Position numbers and translations under genes: made by a program. Below are positions 56,326 to 64,000 of a stretch of 64,000 nucleotides of DNA, one piece after another (within the stretch, counting starts at the first letter, position 1; each line of letters starts with the position of its first letter). Origin of the DNA: Methanomicrobia archaeon. GTDB taxonomy: Archaea; Halobacteriota; Bog-38; Methanoflorentales; Methanoflorentaceae. The stretch lies in NCBI GenBank assembly GCA_015661395.1, contig JACWML010000007.1, positions 29,194 to 93,193 of the forward strand. Direction: 5' to 3'. A model generated the notes under the pieces. That model was not told where the DNA came from. It worked only from the letters and a program-made list of their open reading frames with translations, and made no database searches.

Positions 56326-58551
56326 TCACTTGATCATGAAGATCTGCGCGCCGCCGTTAGAGTAAAGAAGGTTACCCCCTCCCGTAAAGTTCGCGACGTC
56401 CGTTTCCCATGTGGTCATTGTCACAGAGTTTTGACCTAATACGACCATGCCGCTATTCACGTTGTACGTCCCGAGATACAGATAGGATCCGGGAGGCATT
56501 ATCCACCAATAACCGCCTCCGCTGGGGAGAGGCGAGACGCCGCCCCAGCTGAACTGGCTGGCAGGGAATCCCATAAAGGCGTCGGCGTAGACAGGCGCGC
56601 CCGACTTCGCGGCGCTCAGCCATTGCCCAGCAACGATTTCCTGGTCGTTAAACTTAACATAATTAAGCGTGCTGTCGAGCGCCATGACCGTCGGACTATC
56701 GGTAAGTTCGCTTGTTGCTTTGTACACGAGACCACAATTGAATACGAACAAAAAGACCGTAAACACGGCAAAGGCCTTAAAGCGGAGCGGCGCACGGCCT
56801 GTCGCCGACGCCTCACGGTGCCGCCCTTCGAAGAGGCGGACTATGCCGGCGAAGCCGATGACGAGAAAGACGCCAAGGAAGATCTGCGATATTTGAAAGA
56901 AGCGCGACAGCATAAGATTTGCGGCAAAGTACGGCACGAAAGCACAGAGAAGAAGAAGCACTACGCTCGCGCCCGCTAGCGCGACGTACTCGCTTGTGAG
57001 CCTGAGCCGTCGTCGCTCTTTGTACGCAAACGCAATGCCGACGCCGGATGCAGTTGCGGGCAGGAGCGAAGTTGCAGCCGATGCGTTGATTACGCCACTT
57101 GGCGCCACGCTCGGTGGCGCCACGGTTGGCTGGATTATGGGCGTTCTTCCGATACTCGTCAGCGTGAGGCTCAATATGGCGATCAGATTGTCGAATGGCT
57201 CAGGGTTGTTCGCGAAGCGGTACCAGAGGAGCGCGATAATGATCAAACTAACGGCGAGCAGCGCATTTATACCGACGTTTCTGTCCAACAGACGGGATCT
57301 GCGAAATGGGTGGGCTGTTTGCTTTTTCCCGCGGTTCCTAAGTCGCTCCGTCAAGGCGCTGAGATCAAAGCGTTTCGTGAACGCGACGACGAGCAACGCG
57401 AGCACGAAGCAAAAGAGAAAGACGTAGGTTAACCCGTAGTGTGAAACGATTAGCGAGAGGCCAAAAAGCCCGAAGAGCGCGACTCGCGGCGTCCGATCCA
57501 TCTGCCTGTCGACGATCAGCAAGAGCAACATAACGAGGAACAGTTCGGCGAGTTCCTGCCGCGCCATAGCGAGCATCTCCGTGTAGAAGGAGAAGGTCAC
57601 CATAAAATAAAAGACACCAAAAAGGGCGATGCGATGGCTCGTTTGTTTCTGCCACAGCCGATAGAGACCGAGCGGCACCAAAGCGAAAAGGAGGGGAAAA
57701 ATGAGCTTGAAGACCCACGTGAGGCTCATACCGGTCGCGATGGAGAGGAGCGGGGCGAACACTGCCACGCTCAACACAGAGTTGACGTCCATGGACGCCA
57801 TCGTCAGCAACGGCGGAGCGCCCCAGAAGCCATTGCTTATGACAAGCTGTGCTGCAGCGTATTCACTTTGAATGTCAAGCCCCCAAAGGTAGTTCGTGAT
57901 AAGCGCGTTGTGGAACAGCAGCGCAATCGCCGCCACGAGAACGGCAAGCCCGTAGTACGGACGAGGCACCAAGGACGTAAAGCCGCAGACTAAGATGAGC
58001 GTGGCGACGGCGAGGAGCGTGATGATGATGCCAACGCTTGTCCCGCTTATGTTGTACCAATAGGTCGCGAAAATGCTCACGAACGGCAGGAGACACAGGC
58101 CAAGGGCGACTGGTGACGAAAGCGCGTGTATATCAATAACCGTTGGACGAGAGAACGCGCGATCGCGTCGGTAACACAGAAGGCAGAGGACTGCTACGAC
58201 GGCACTCATCGTCACGATGAATGGAAAAAGCGAGAGTGGCCTCGGGATGAAGAGCGAATACACCGTGTTCATAAAAACGCCCGTAAGCATCACGGTCGTC
58301 ACGCTTAATCCGACCGCGTATAGCAAACCTTCAATGGGGTTTAGATTGTGCAGTTTGAAGACGCGCAGCAGAATGGTGCCGGGCACAAAAAGCAAGTAAA
58401 TTAGGACGAACAGTTCCTGCAGAATCGGCACATGCAGCCCAAAAGCATCCAAGGCGAGAAGGAGCCAAACAGATGCTTGAAGAGACGCGATAAGTGTTAA
58501 GAAAGCGGCAATATCCCAATCGTTTGCTTCGAGCGGATTCCTGAAGTTCAT
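56326..58551 (-). CDS. Large polytopic membrane protein with C-terminal soluble domain, paralog 3 (DUF2206-like, GT-C-like architecture)
   Basis: 741 aa. N-terminus MNFRNPLEANDWDIAAFLTLIASLQASVW... Very similar to paralog 2 through the first ~420 aa. C-terminal ...GSYLYLGTYNVNSGMVVLG...LYSNGGAQIFMIK. Confidence 0.85.
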   Translation of the reverse strand: MNFRNPLEANDWDIAAFLTLIASLQASVWLLLALDAFGLHVPILQELFVLIYLLFVPGTILLRVFKLHNLNPIEGLLYAVGLSVTTVMLTGVFMNTVYSLFIPRPLSLFPFIVTMSAVVAVLCLLCYRRDRAFSRPTVIDIHALSSPVALGLCLLPFVSIFATYWYNISGTSVGIIITLLAVATLILVCGFTSLVPRPYYGLAVLVAAIALLFHNALITNYLWGLDIQSEYAAAQLVISNGFWGAPPLLTMASMDVNSVLSVAVFAPLLSIATGMSLTWVFKLIFPLLFALVPLGLYRLWQKQTSHRIALFGVFYFMVTFSFYTEMLAMARQELAELFLVMLLLLIVDRQMDRTPRVALFGLFGLSLIVSHYGLTYVFLFCFVLALLVVAFTKRFDLSALTERLRNRGKKQTAHPFRRSRLLDRNVGINALLAVSLIIIALLWYRFANNPEPFDNLIAILSLTLTSIGRTPIIQPTVAPPSVAPSGVINASAATSLLPATASGVGIAFAYKERRRLRLTSEYVALAGASVVLLLLCAFVPYFAANLMLSRFFQISQIFLGVFLVIGFAGIVRLFEGRHREASATGRAPLRFKAFAVFTVFLFVFNCGLVYKATSELTDSPTVMALDSTLNYVKFNDQEIVAGQWLSAAKSGAPVYADAFMGFPASQFSWGGVSPLPSGGGYWWIMPPGSYLYLGTYNVNSGMVVLGQNSVTMTTWETDVANFTGGGNLLYSNGGAQIFMIK

Positions 58552-58917
58552 GGATGTGCGCTGTTTGAAAAACTAAGAAAGTGCGAGACGAACTGAAGCG
58601 TCGTTTGTTGCCGCGCCGCGTGGTTCATTCGTTAACTTATATGCTATATTTACTTTATGAAGCCGTAAACCTTATCAGGTTTCCTTCTGCTTGCACGAGT
58701 ATCTAAGAACCTTAGATGATTGTCCAACCAACCACGCAGCCTCACTGCCTCGGTTATATCGCTCATACACGAGAATCAAGAGAAGTAACTTATGGGGACC
58801 AAGAGAGCAGGGGAGTACCCAAGTGAAATTGCTGCTCGAGGAACACGCACATCGCGAACAGCTCAGGGCGTAGCGCTCTCCGAAAGACAGAGTAAGAGCT
58901 TAGGAAAGGCACACCTT

Positions 58918-59670
58918 ATGTTCGTTATGTCTACCGAGAGGCTGATAACACACAATAGGGTATATTATTGGCTTCGAGCTAAACTGACAACACCCAATAC
59001 ATATTGGCTTCGAGCTAAACTGATAGCATTTCACATAGTAAGGCGGCTCTGGCACTTTACGTTCAATGGCCGTGAGTATCATTATTTGTATCATCCGTAC
59101 AACTGGACGTGGCGTAATGAAAGAGCTGTGGAGCTCCCGATAATCTGGGAAGAAGTAGAAAAAGTAGACGCTGAACGGGTGCTAGAACTCGGCAATGTGC
59201 TCTCACACTACTATGACGTTCATCACGACATTGTTGACAAACACGAAAAAGGCAACGGCGTAATTAACAGTGATATCTGCGACTTTCACATGCCAAAGAT
59301 GTATGATCTAATTGTGAGCATTTCGACGATTGAGCACATTGGATTTGACGAGGATTATCCGGTGAGGGGAGAGACTATAATACAACCCGAAAAATGGTTG
59401 CGTGTAATTCAGCTGCTCAAAGGTATGCTATCTAAGAAAGGGAAACTTGTTGTCACCGTGCCTCTAGGCTATAATCTTACGCTCGATCGAGCTCTCAGAG
59501 AGGACACCAAGAGCATATTTACAAGGATAGCGTATATGAAGCGGATTTCCAAAAGCAACAAGTGGGCTGAGGTTGAACAGAGAGAGGTTCACGACGCAAA
59601 ATACGGTTCTCCGTTCTACCAGGCTAATGTTCTCGCTATATGTATTTTTGAAAGCAGCACAAGTCGCTAA
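58918..59670 (+). CDS. Hypothetical protein with a methyltransferase-fold-like core (uncertain)
   Basis: ...RVLELGNVLSHYYDV.HDIVDKHEKGNGVINSDICDF....YDLIVSISTIEHIGFD......LLKGMLSKKGKLVVTVPLGYN resembles a degenerate class I SAM-MTase layout. Start taken at the ATG at 58918. Contains a 36-bp in-frame tandem duplication. Confidence 0.45.
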   Translation: MFVMSTERLITHNRVYYWLRAKLTTPNTYWLRAKLIAFHIVRRLWHFTFNGREYHYLYHPYNWTWRNERAVELPIIWEEVEKVDAERVLELGNVLSHYYDVHHDIVDKHEKGNGVINSDICDFHMPKMYDLIVSISTIEHIGFDEDYPVRGETIIQPEKWLRVIQLLKGMLSKKGKLVVTVPLGYNLTLDRALREDTKSIFTRIAYMKRISKSNKWAEVEQREVHDAKYGSPFYQANVLAICIFESSTSR

Positions 59671-60099
59671 CGGAACTGACTTCGGGGTTTAGCAAAAAGA
59701 AACGCGCCGTCTCAAATTCTAGCGTGCCTTGTACGTGTTCTGTCCTTTGGTTATCCTCTCTCGAGCTCACCTGCGCAGGCAACTCAAGGGCGGGTGCTAC
59801 CTGGATACATATCAAGCCCTTATTGAAGTCCTAAAGCTAGTCCTCTCCAGCTTCCGAGAAGAGCGACGTGAGACAACTCTTAAGCACACGCAGCAAGTCT
59901 ATTTCGATGAACCAGTTGATTAACAAACTCAATTATCAAGCCGAGCTTAAAGATTGGGGCTTAGCGACTTCGCAACTTAAGGAGTATGCCCGCGTTGCTA
60001 AAACACTTTGAGCCAGATGGTGTGCAAAGAACTATAGGAGCAAGCAAGCATCGGAAGATCGGTAATTATGTGGCAATGTCATAAGGATGAGTGGCTAGA

Positions 60100-60110
60100 T
60101 TTAAAATATA
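60100..60110 (+). promoter_or_regulatory. TATA-box-like element (TTTAAAATATA)
   Basis: Centred about 24 nt upstream of the ATG at 60129, consistent with a leaderless or very short-leader transcript. Confidence 0.45.
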
Positions 60111-60128
60111 GAAATAAGGGATAACTAG

Positions 60129-61322
60129 ATGAAAATTGCGATATTCCACAATTTGCCTTCTGGAGGAGCTAAGAGGGCGCTCTATACTTTTAGTAAGTTT
60201 CTGACGAGATCAGGCCATGCGGTTGAAGTCTTTGTCCCCTCCACCGCGGACGAGACTTACTTGCCCTTAGGAGACGTTGTAAGCGAGGTCAATGTATTTA
60301 ACGTTAAAAGGACAATTTCTAGCTTAATTTCCTCTACACTAAGAAATTTTCCATTAAGCATCCCAGCAGATTTGGAGAGAGTAGAGCGGAATATCGCCGA
60401 CAACATTAATGGGCAAGACTTCGACGTCGTCTTTTGCGAACAGGATCGCTATACTTACTCACCATTTTTTTTAAAGTATATCAAGAAACCGACGATCTAT
60501 TATTGTCAACAACCTGCGAGGAGTCAAGAGCTACGTACTATCGCGATAAACGAACGTTTTCCAAGTCCTCAAAGCTTGCGCGAAAGAAGTATGCGCAATT
60601 GCTTTGACAGACGACTGCTAAAAATAGACAAAAAAAACGCCTCCTTTGCTGAACACATTTTGACAAACTCTTATTTCTCAAGAGAGTCAATCTTGAGGAC
60701 GTACGGGCGTACCTCTTTTGTTTCTTACCTGGGAGTTGATACTGAGATATTCAAACCAATTGGTATTCCTAAAGACGATTTTGTTTTGTCGGTAGGCAGC
60801 CTTGCCCCAAGGAAAGGAGTTGACTTTATAGTTAGTTCTTTGGGCACGATTCACTCAAAAATACGTCCAAAATTGATTGTAGTTTCAAATGCAGTCGATA
60901 TTCACCTTAAAAATTCTTTAGAACAATTTGCGCAAGAAATTGGAGTTGACCTCCGGATAGTGAGATCAATAGCCAATGATGAGCTCGTATCACTTTACAA
61001 CAGAGCAAAATTGGTTCTCTACGCGCCATATCTCGAACCTTTCGGGTTAGTACCATTAGAGGCCATGGCGTGTGGAACGCCTGTCGTTGCAGTAAAAGAG
61101 GGCGGGGTACGAGAGAGTGTGATTCACAACAAGACCGGCATTCTTACGCAACGAGATGAGCATATGTTTGCCGAAGCTGTTATGGAACTTCTCTCAAATG
61201 AGGAAAAAATACGAGACATGTCTCAAAAAGCGATTGAATGCATAGAGGAATATTGGACTGTAGAAAAAGCCGGAAAAAGACTGATGTGGCACATCAATCG
61301 TGTTGTCGACGAGGGAGAATAG
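60129..61322 (+). CDS. Family-4 (GT-B) glycosyltransferase
   Basis: MKIAIFHNLPSGGAKRALY...; C-terminal VGSLAPRKGVDFIV..., LVSLYNRAKLVLYAPYLEPFGLVPLEAMACGTPVVAVKEGGVRESV. AT-rich gene. Confidence 0.88.
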   Translation: MKIAIFHNLPSGGAKRALYTFSKFLTRSGHAVEVFVPSTADETYLPLGDVVSEVNVFNVKRTISSLISSTLRNFPLSIPADLERVERNIADNINGQDFDVVFCEQDRYTYSPFFLKYIKKPTIYYCQQPARSQELRTIAINERFPSPQSLRERSMRNCFDRRLLKIDKKNASFAEHILTNSYFSRESILRTYGRTSFVSYLGVDTEIFKPIGIPKDDFVLSVGSLAPRKGVDFIVSSLGTIHSKIRPKLIVVSNAVDIHLKNSLEQFAQEIGVDLRIVRSIANDELVSLYNRAKLVLYAPYLEPFGLVPLEAMACGTPVVAVKEGGVRESVIHNKTGILTQRDEHMFAEAVMELLSNEEKIRDMSQKAIECIEEYWTVEKAGKRLMWHINRVVDEGE

Positions 61323-61734
61323 TGATACCAGCTAGACAAATTGAGTCGTCGGCAACTTGAGTCTCAAAATTGATGCTAAATGTGTGAGCAAAAAATGCAA
61401 TCGTCCGAAACGCAAATCGAGATGCAAAAAAGCGATCCGTACATAATTTCGGTAGGGATCAAAACTCTCGCCTGAAAGCGTGAGTATTACGCCCTTTTTG
61501 ACGGTTTGATTGCTGGCGTATTTTGGTGATGATCCAGGTCGCGCTGGCAATTACTATATCTTTGCGCTATAAATAAGAGGCGTCAGAATATCTCATTGCG
61601 CAAGTGCATCACACAAGACTGGGCATTGAACAGGTAAACTTGTGAGCTATGGATTTAGAGGATGCGAGTGAACCTACTCAGGGAAGCTTTGACGAGGCAC
61701 ACATTACGTTGGCGCTGATCGACAATGCCATTAG

Positions 61735-61912
61735 TCAGCGTAAGCATGAAGTCTTACAATCACGTGAGCTTTCTCGCCCGAGTCTATTGAAAGCGTTTCA
61801 GCGCAAGATTTCGACGACTTTGAGCTGATAATCGTGGACGACGCGTTAGCGCAAAAGCTGTTGACCGAGGCCCGCCTAAGAAATCATTTTGGGATCGGAT
61901 TATGAGCGTTAA
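61735..61912 (+). pseudogene. N-terminal fragment of a GT2 glycosyltransferase, frameshifted and truncated
   Basis: ...LVSVSMKSYNHVSFLARVY* in one frame, then ESIESVSAQDFDDFELIIVDDA in the next frame (the classic GT2 ...S.L.Q.....E.I.VDD motif), running into a stop ~50 nt later. Confidence 0.6.
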
Positions 61913-62024
61913 TATGTTCCCACTTGGTGTTGGCGTTGGTGACCTCCACTGTCCCGCGCCCCGCGCCCCCTCAATGGCGCTTTAAGCGCCCCCATGTGAC
62001 GCAGATGAGAAAGAGGATTACCCA

Positions 62025-62909
62025 TTGTGTCAGCGTGACGCGATGTGCTTTATGGAGCCTCAAAAGGAGGGACGCTGTATTTCACAAAATTGGACGCTGT
62101 ATTTCGCAAAGTTGAATTTTCGCAACCGCTTTTCAAAAGGTCGTAAAGAACTACTACCACCTTGGGTCAAATGGGGTAACAAGGACGGTCAGGAGTTAAT
62201 AGAGACGGGCGACCAAATACTCGCCTATTTTATTACAGCCTGCGGATTGCAGCCAAATGCACATGTACTTGATATTGGCTGCGGGATTGGACGGATGGCT
62301 GTCGCGCTCACGCACTACCTCACGAATGAAGGAGGCTATGATGGTATCGATATTATCCCTGGAGTGATTAAGTGGTGCACCAGAAAGATCACTCGCCAAT
62401 ATCCGCGCTTTTGTTTCCACTTTGCAGACATCTACAACAAAGATTACAATCCTAGAGGCCGAGTCAAGGCATCAGACTACGCGTTCCCATTTGGCAAGGA
62501 TTCGTTCGATTTTGTTATCTTGGTTTCTGTATTTACGCACATGCTCCCTGAAGACCTGGAACACTATATCTCTGAGATTGCGCAAGTGCTAAAGCCCGGA
62601 GGTACATGCTTTGCGACGTACTTCTTGCTAAATCCTGAAACGTTGGAACATATCGAGTCAGGGAAAAGCACTCTTGATCTTCGGTTTATGGGGAACCGAT
62701 ATAGGACGGTTTCTCGCGAAGTCTCCGAGCATGCCGTTGCGTATGATGAAGACTACGTAATAAACCTATATGCACAGAATGGATTTACAATTGCAGCACC
62801 GATTCGCTACGGCACGTGGTCTGTACGTGCAACAGACTACGAGTACCAAGATTTTGTCGTCGCACAGAAGGTTTACCCGCTTGAGCCAATGTCAACTGTT
62901 ATCCGCTAG
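62025..62909 (+). CDS. Class I SAM-dependent methyltransferase
   Basis: Motif I VLDIGCGIGRMAVAL, DGIDI, post-I/II ...FDFVILVSVFTHM, LKPGGTCFATYF. Start uncertain because the N-terminal ~40 codons are poorly protein-like. A T-rich tract (ctctttttctt, ~62919-62929) follows the stop. Confidence 0.8.
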   Translation: MCQRDAMCFMEPQKEGRCISQNWTLYFAKLNFRNRFSKGRKELLPPWVKWGNKDGQELIETGDQILAYFITACGLQPNAHVLDIGCGIGRMAVALTHYLTNEGGYDGIDIIPGVIKWCTRKITRQYPRFCFHFADIYNKDYNPRGRVKASDYAFPFGKDSFDFVILVSVFTHMLPEDLEHYISEIAQVLKPGGTCFATYFLLNPETLEHIESGKSTLDLRFMGNRYRTVSREVSEHAVAYDEDYVINLYAQNGFTIAAPIRYGTWSVRATDYEYQDFVVAQKVYPLEPMSTVIR

Positions 62910-63207
62910 GCCACATTCTCTTTTTCTTGAACGCATATAACGGAGCGTATACGAGAGGAGATTTAGGATACTTTTTCTCAGTTTTGAGAAGTGGTTATGG
63001 CCGTCACGTCCCCCGCCATTTTCGAGGCCGATATCAGTGGTCAGATGCGGCTAAAGTGCTACGATTATAGTCAATATCAACCGTTATGCAAGGAAGGATT
63101 CTCGGATTCCGGTGATATTTCATGAGTTTAACAAGGGCATCTCGAAAACCGAGACAGAGCAGCTCCGGGAAACCTTTTAATAGCATGTACAATTGAACGT
63201 GGATAGA

Positions 63208-64000
63208 ATGGACGATGTCGAGTGGCCCAAGGTCTTCATCATAATTCTTAATTGGAACGGCTGGGAAGATACGATAGAATGTTTGGAATCACTCTATAGT
63301 ATTTCGTACCCAAACTATGACGTCATTATCGTTGATAATGATTCACAGGATGATTCACTGGCGAGAATCAGAGCATACGCAAGAGGCGAAGTAGTCGAAT
63401 CGGCTTCTCACCCACACAATTGTCGAATCGAACCTCTAAATGTCACAAATTATACAAGACGTGAAGCCGAAGATATACAAGTAGCGACTCTTTCCAAAAA
63501 ACTGGCTGAAGAGAGTCGCAATAAAGCGTCAAACGCATCTTTTGTCATTATCCAGAACGAACAGAACTTCGGGTACCCCGAAGGGAATAACATAGGGATG
63601 CGCTACGCATTAAAAGCATCTGCTGATTATGTGCTGCTCCTGAACAATGATACTGTCGTCGATAAACATTTTCTTACGGAACTCATACGCGCTGCAGATA
63701 CGGATGCCAGTATTGGAGTCATTGGTCCGAAAATATGTTGGTACGACGCACCGAATGTCATTCAGTCAACAGGCGCGCGTATTGATTTTTGGACAGGAAG
63801 AATAACGATCCTTAACGCGGGAAAAAAGGATGGTGAGATCTCACATTTCGCTGTAGACAAGCTTTTGCCCGCTGATTTTGTGTCAGGCTCGTGCTTTCTG
63901 ATTAAACGAAAAGTAATCGAAGAAGTGGGAACGCTTGATCCAACCTATTTTTGCTATGGTGAAGATCTTGATTGGTGCGTGCGAATCAGCAGAGCTGGCT
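63208..64000 (+). CDS. Family-2 glycosyltransferase (3'-truncated by the window edge)
   Basis: ATG at 63208: MDDVEWPKVFIIILNWNGWEDTIECLESLYSISYPNYDVIIVDNDSQDDS...NFGYPEGNNIGMRYAL...DYVLLLNNDT...GSCFLIKRKVIEEVG.LD..YF.YGEDLDWC. Open to the end of the window, so absent from the ORF track. Confidence 0.85.
   Translation, partial: MDDVEWPKVFIIILNWNGWEDTIECLESLYSISYPNYDVIIVDNDSQDDSLARIRAYARGEVVESASHPHNCRIEPLNVTNYTRREAEDIQVATLSKKLAEESRNKASNASFVIIQNEQNFGYPEGNNIGMRYALKASADYVLLLNNDTVVDKHFLTELIRAADTDASIGVIGPKICWYDAPNVIQSTGARIDFWTGRITILNAGKKDGEISHFAVDKLLPADFVSGSCFLIKRKVIEEVGTLDPTYFCYGEDLDWCVRISRAG

Noticed and set aside
61332-61550. 72-aa minus-strand ORF downstream of the GT4 gene in the low-GC block, and the short plus-strand ORF at 59729-59923. 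I considered these as mobile-element (transposase or integrase) remnants.
   Set aside because: I could recognise no transposase or integrase motifs and saw no terminal inverted repeats. They remain unassigned.

Overview
This 64 kb window reads as an archaeal, euryarchaeote-like chromosomal segment. The evidence is an archaeal-type AspRS, a tRNA-Glu without encoded CCA, TATA-box-like elements 25-60 nt upstream of starts, and archaea-restricted families (FilR1-type regulators, DUF1616- and DUF2206-like membrane proteins). All family names come from motif recognition by eye. No searches were run. GC is high over most of the window: about 68% in one 60-nt line I hand-counted around 25 kb. It drops to about 37-43% in two hand-counted lines around 60-61 kb, and the last ~5.4 kb look AT-richer throughout.

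Layout:
- 0.4-6.4 kb: membrane proteins, a FilR1-type regulator and an E1-like ThiF/MoeB enzyme.
- 6.6-14.7 kb: a four-gene, translationally coupled operon in which every protein begins with a receiver domain, three of them PAS/GAF histidine kinases. One kinase carries an 870-bp in-gene tandem duplication.
- 15.7-18.2 kb: a second FilR1-type regulator, then a decayed kinase, an intact receiver gene and a Cache-like fragment.
- 20-40 kb: housekeeping genes (hisI, flavin reductase, hisS, larB, scpB-scpA-smc, aspS, hisD, two radical SAM genes, hsp20, tatD-like, ferredoxin, DedA, a CMD-family protein, tRNA-Glu, a C-N hydrolase, argB, a TIGR00300-like protein).
- 40.5-58.6 kb: an all-minus-strand surface-glycan island. 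It has three paralogous ~750-aa polytopic membrane proteins, GT2 and GT4 transferases, gmd, a deacetylase, a DUF1616-like protein, several gene remnants and a 198-bp promoter-bearing direct repeat.
- 58.6-64 kb: a low-GC plus-strand block of glycosyltransferase and methyltransferase genes.

The most notable observations are the triplicated GT-C-like membrane proteins, the receiver-headed kinase operon next to FilR1-type regulators, and an SMC protein that appears to lack the ABC signature motif. I found no CRISPR array, rRNA, transposase or integrase.
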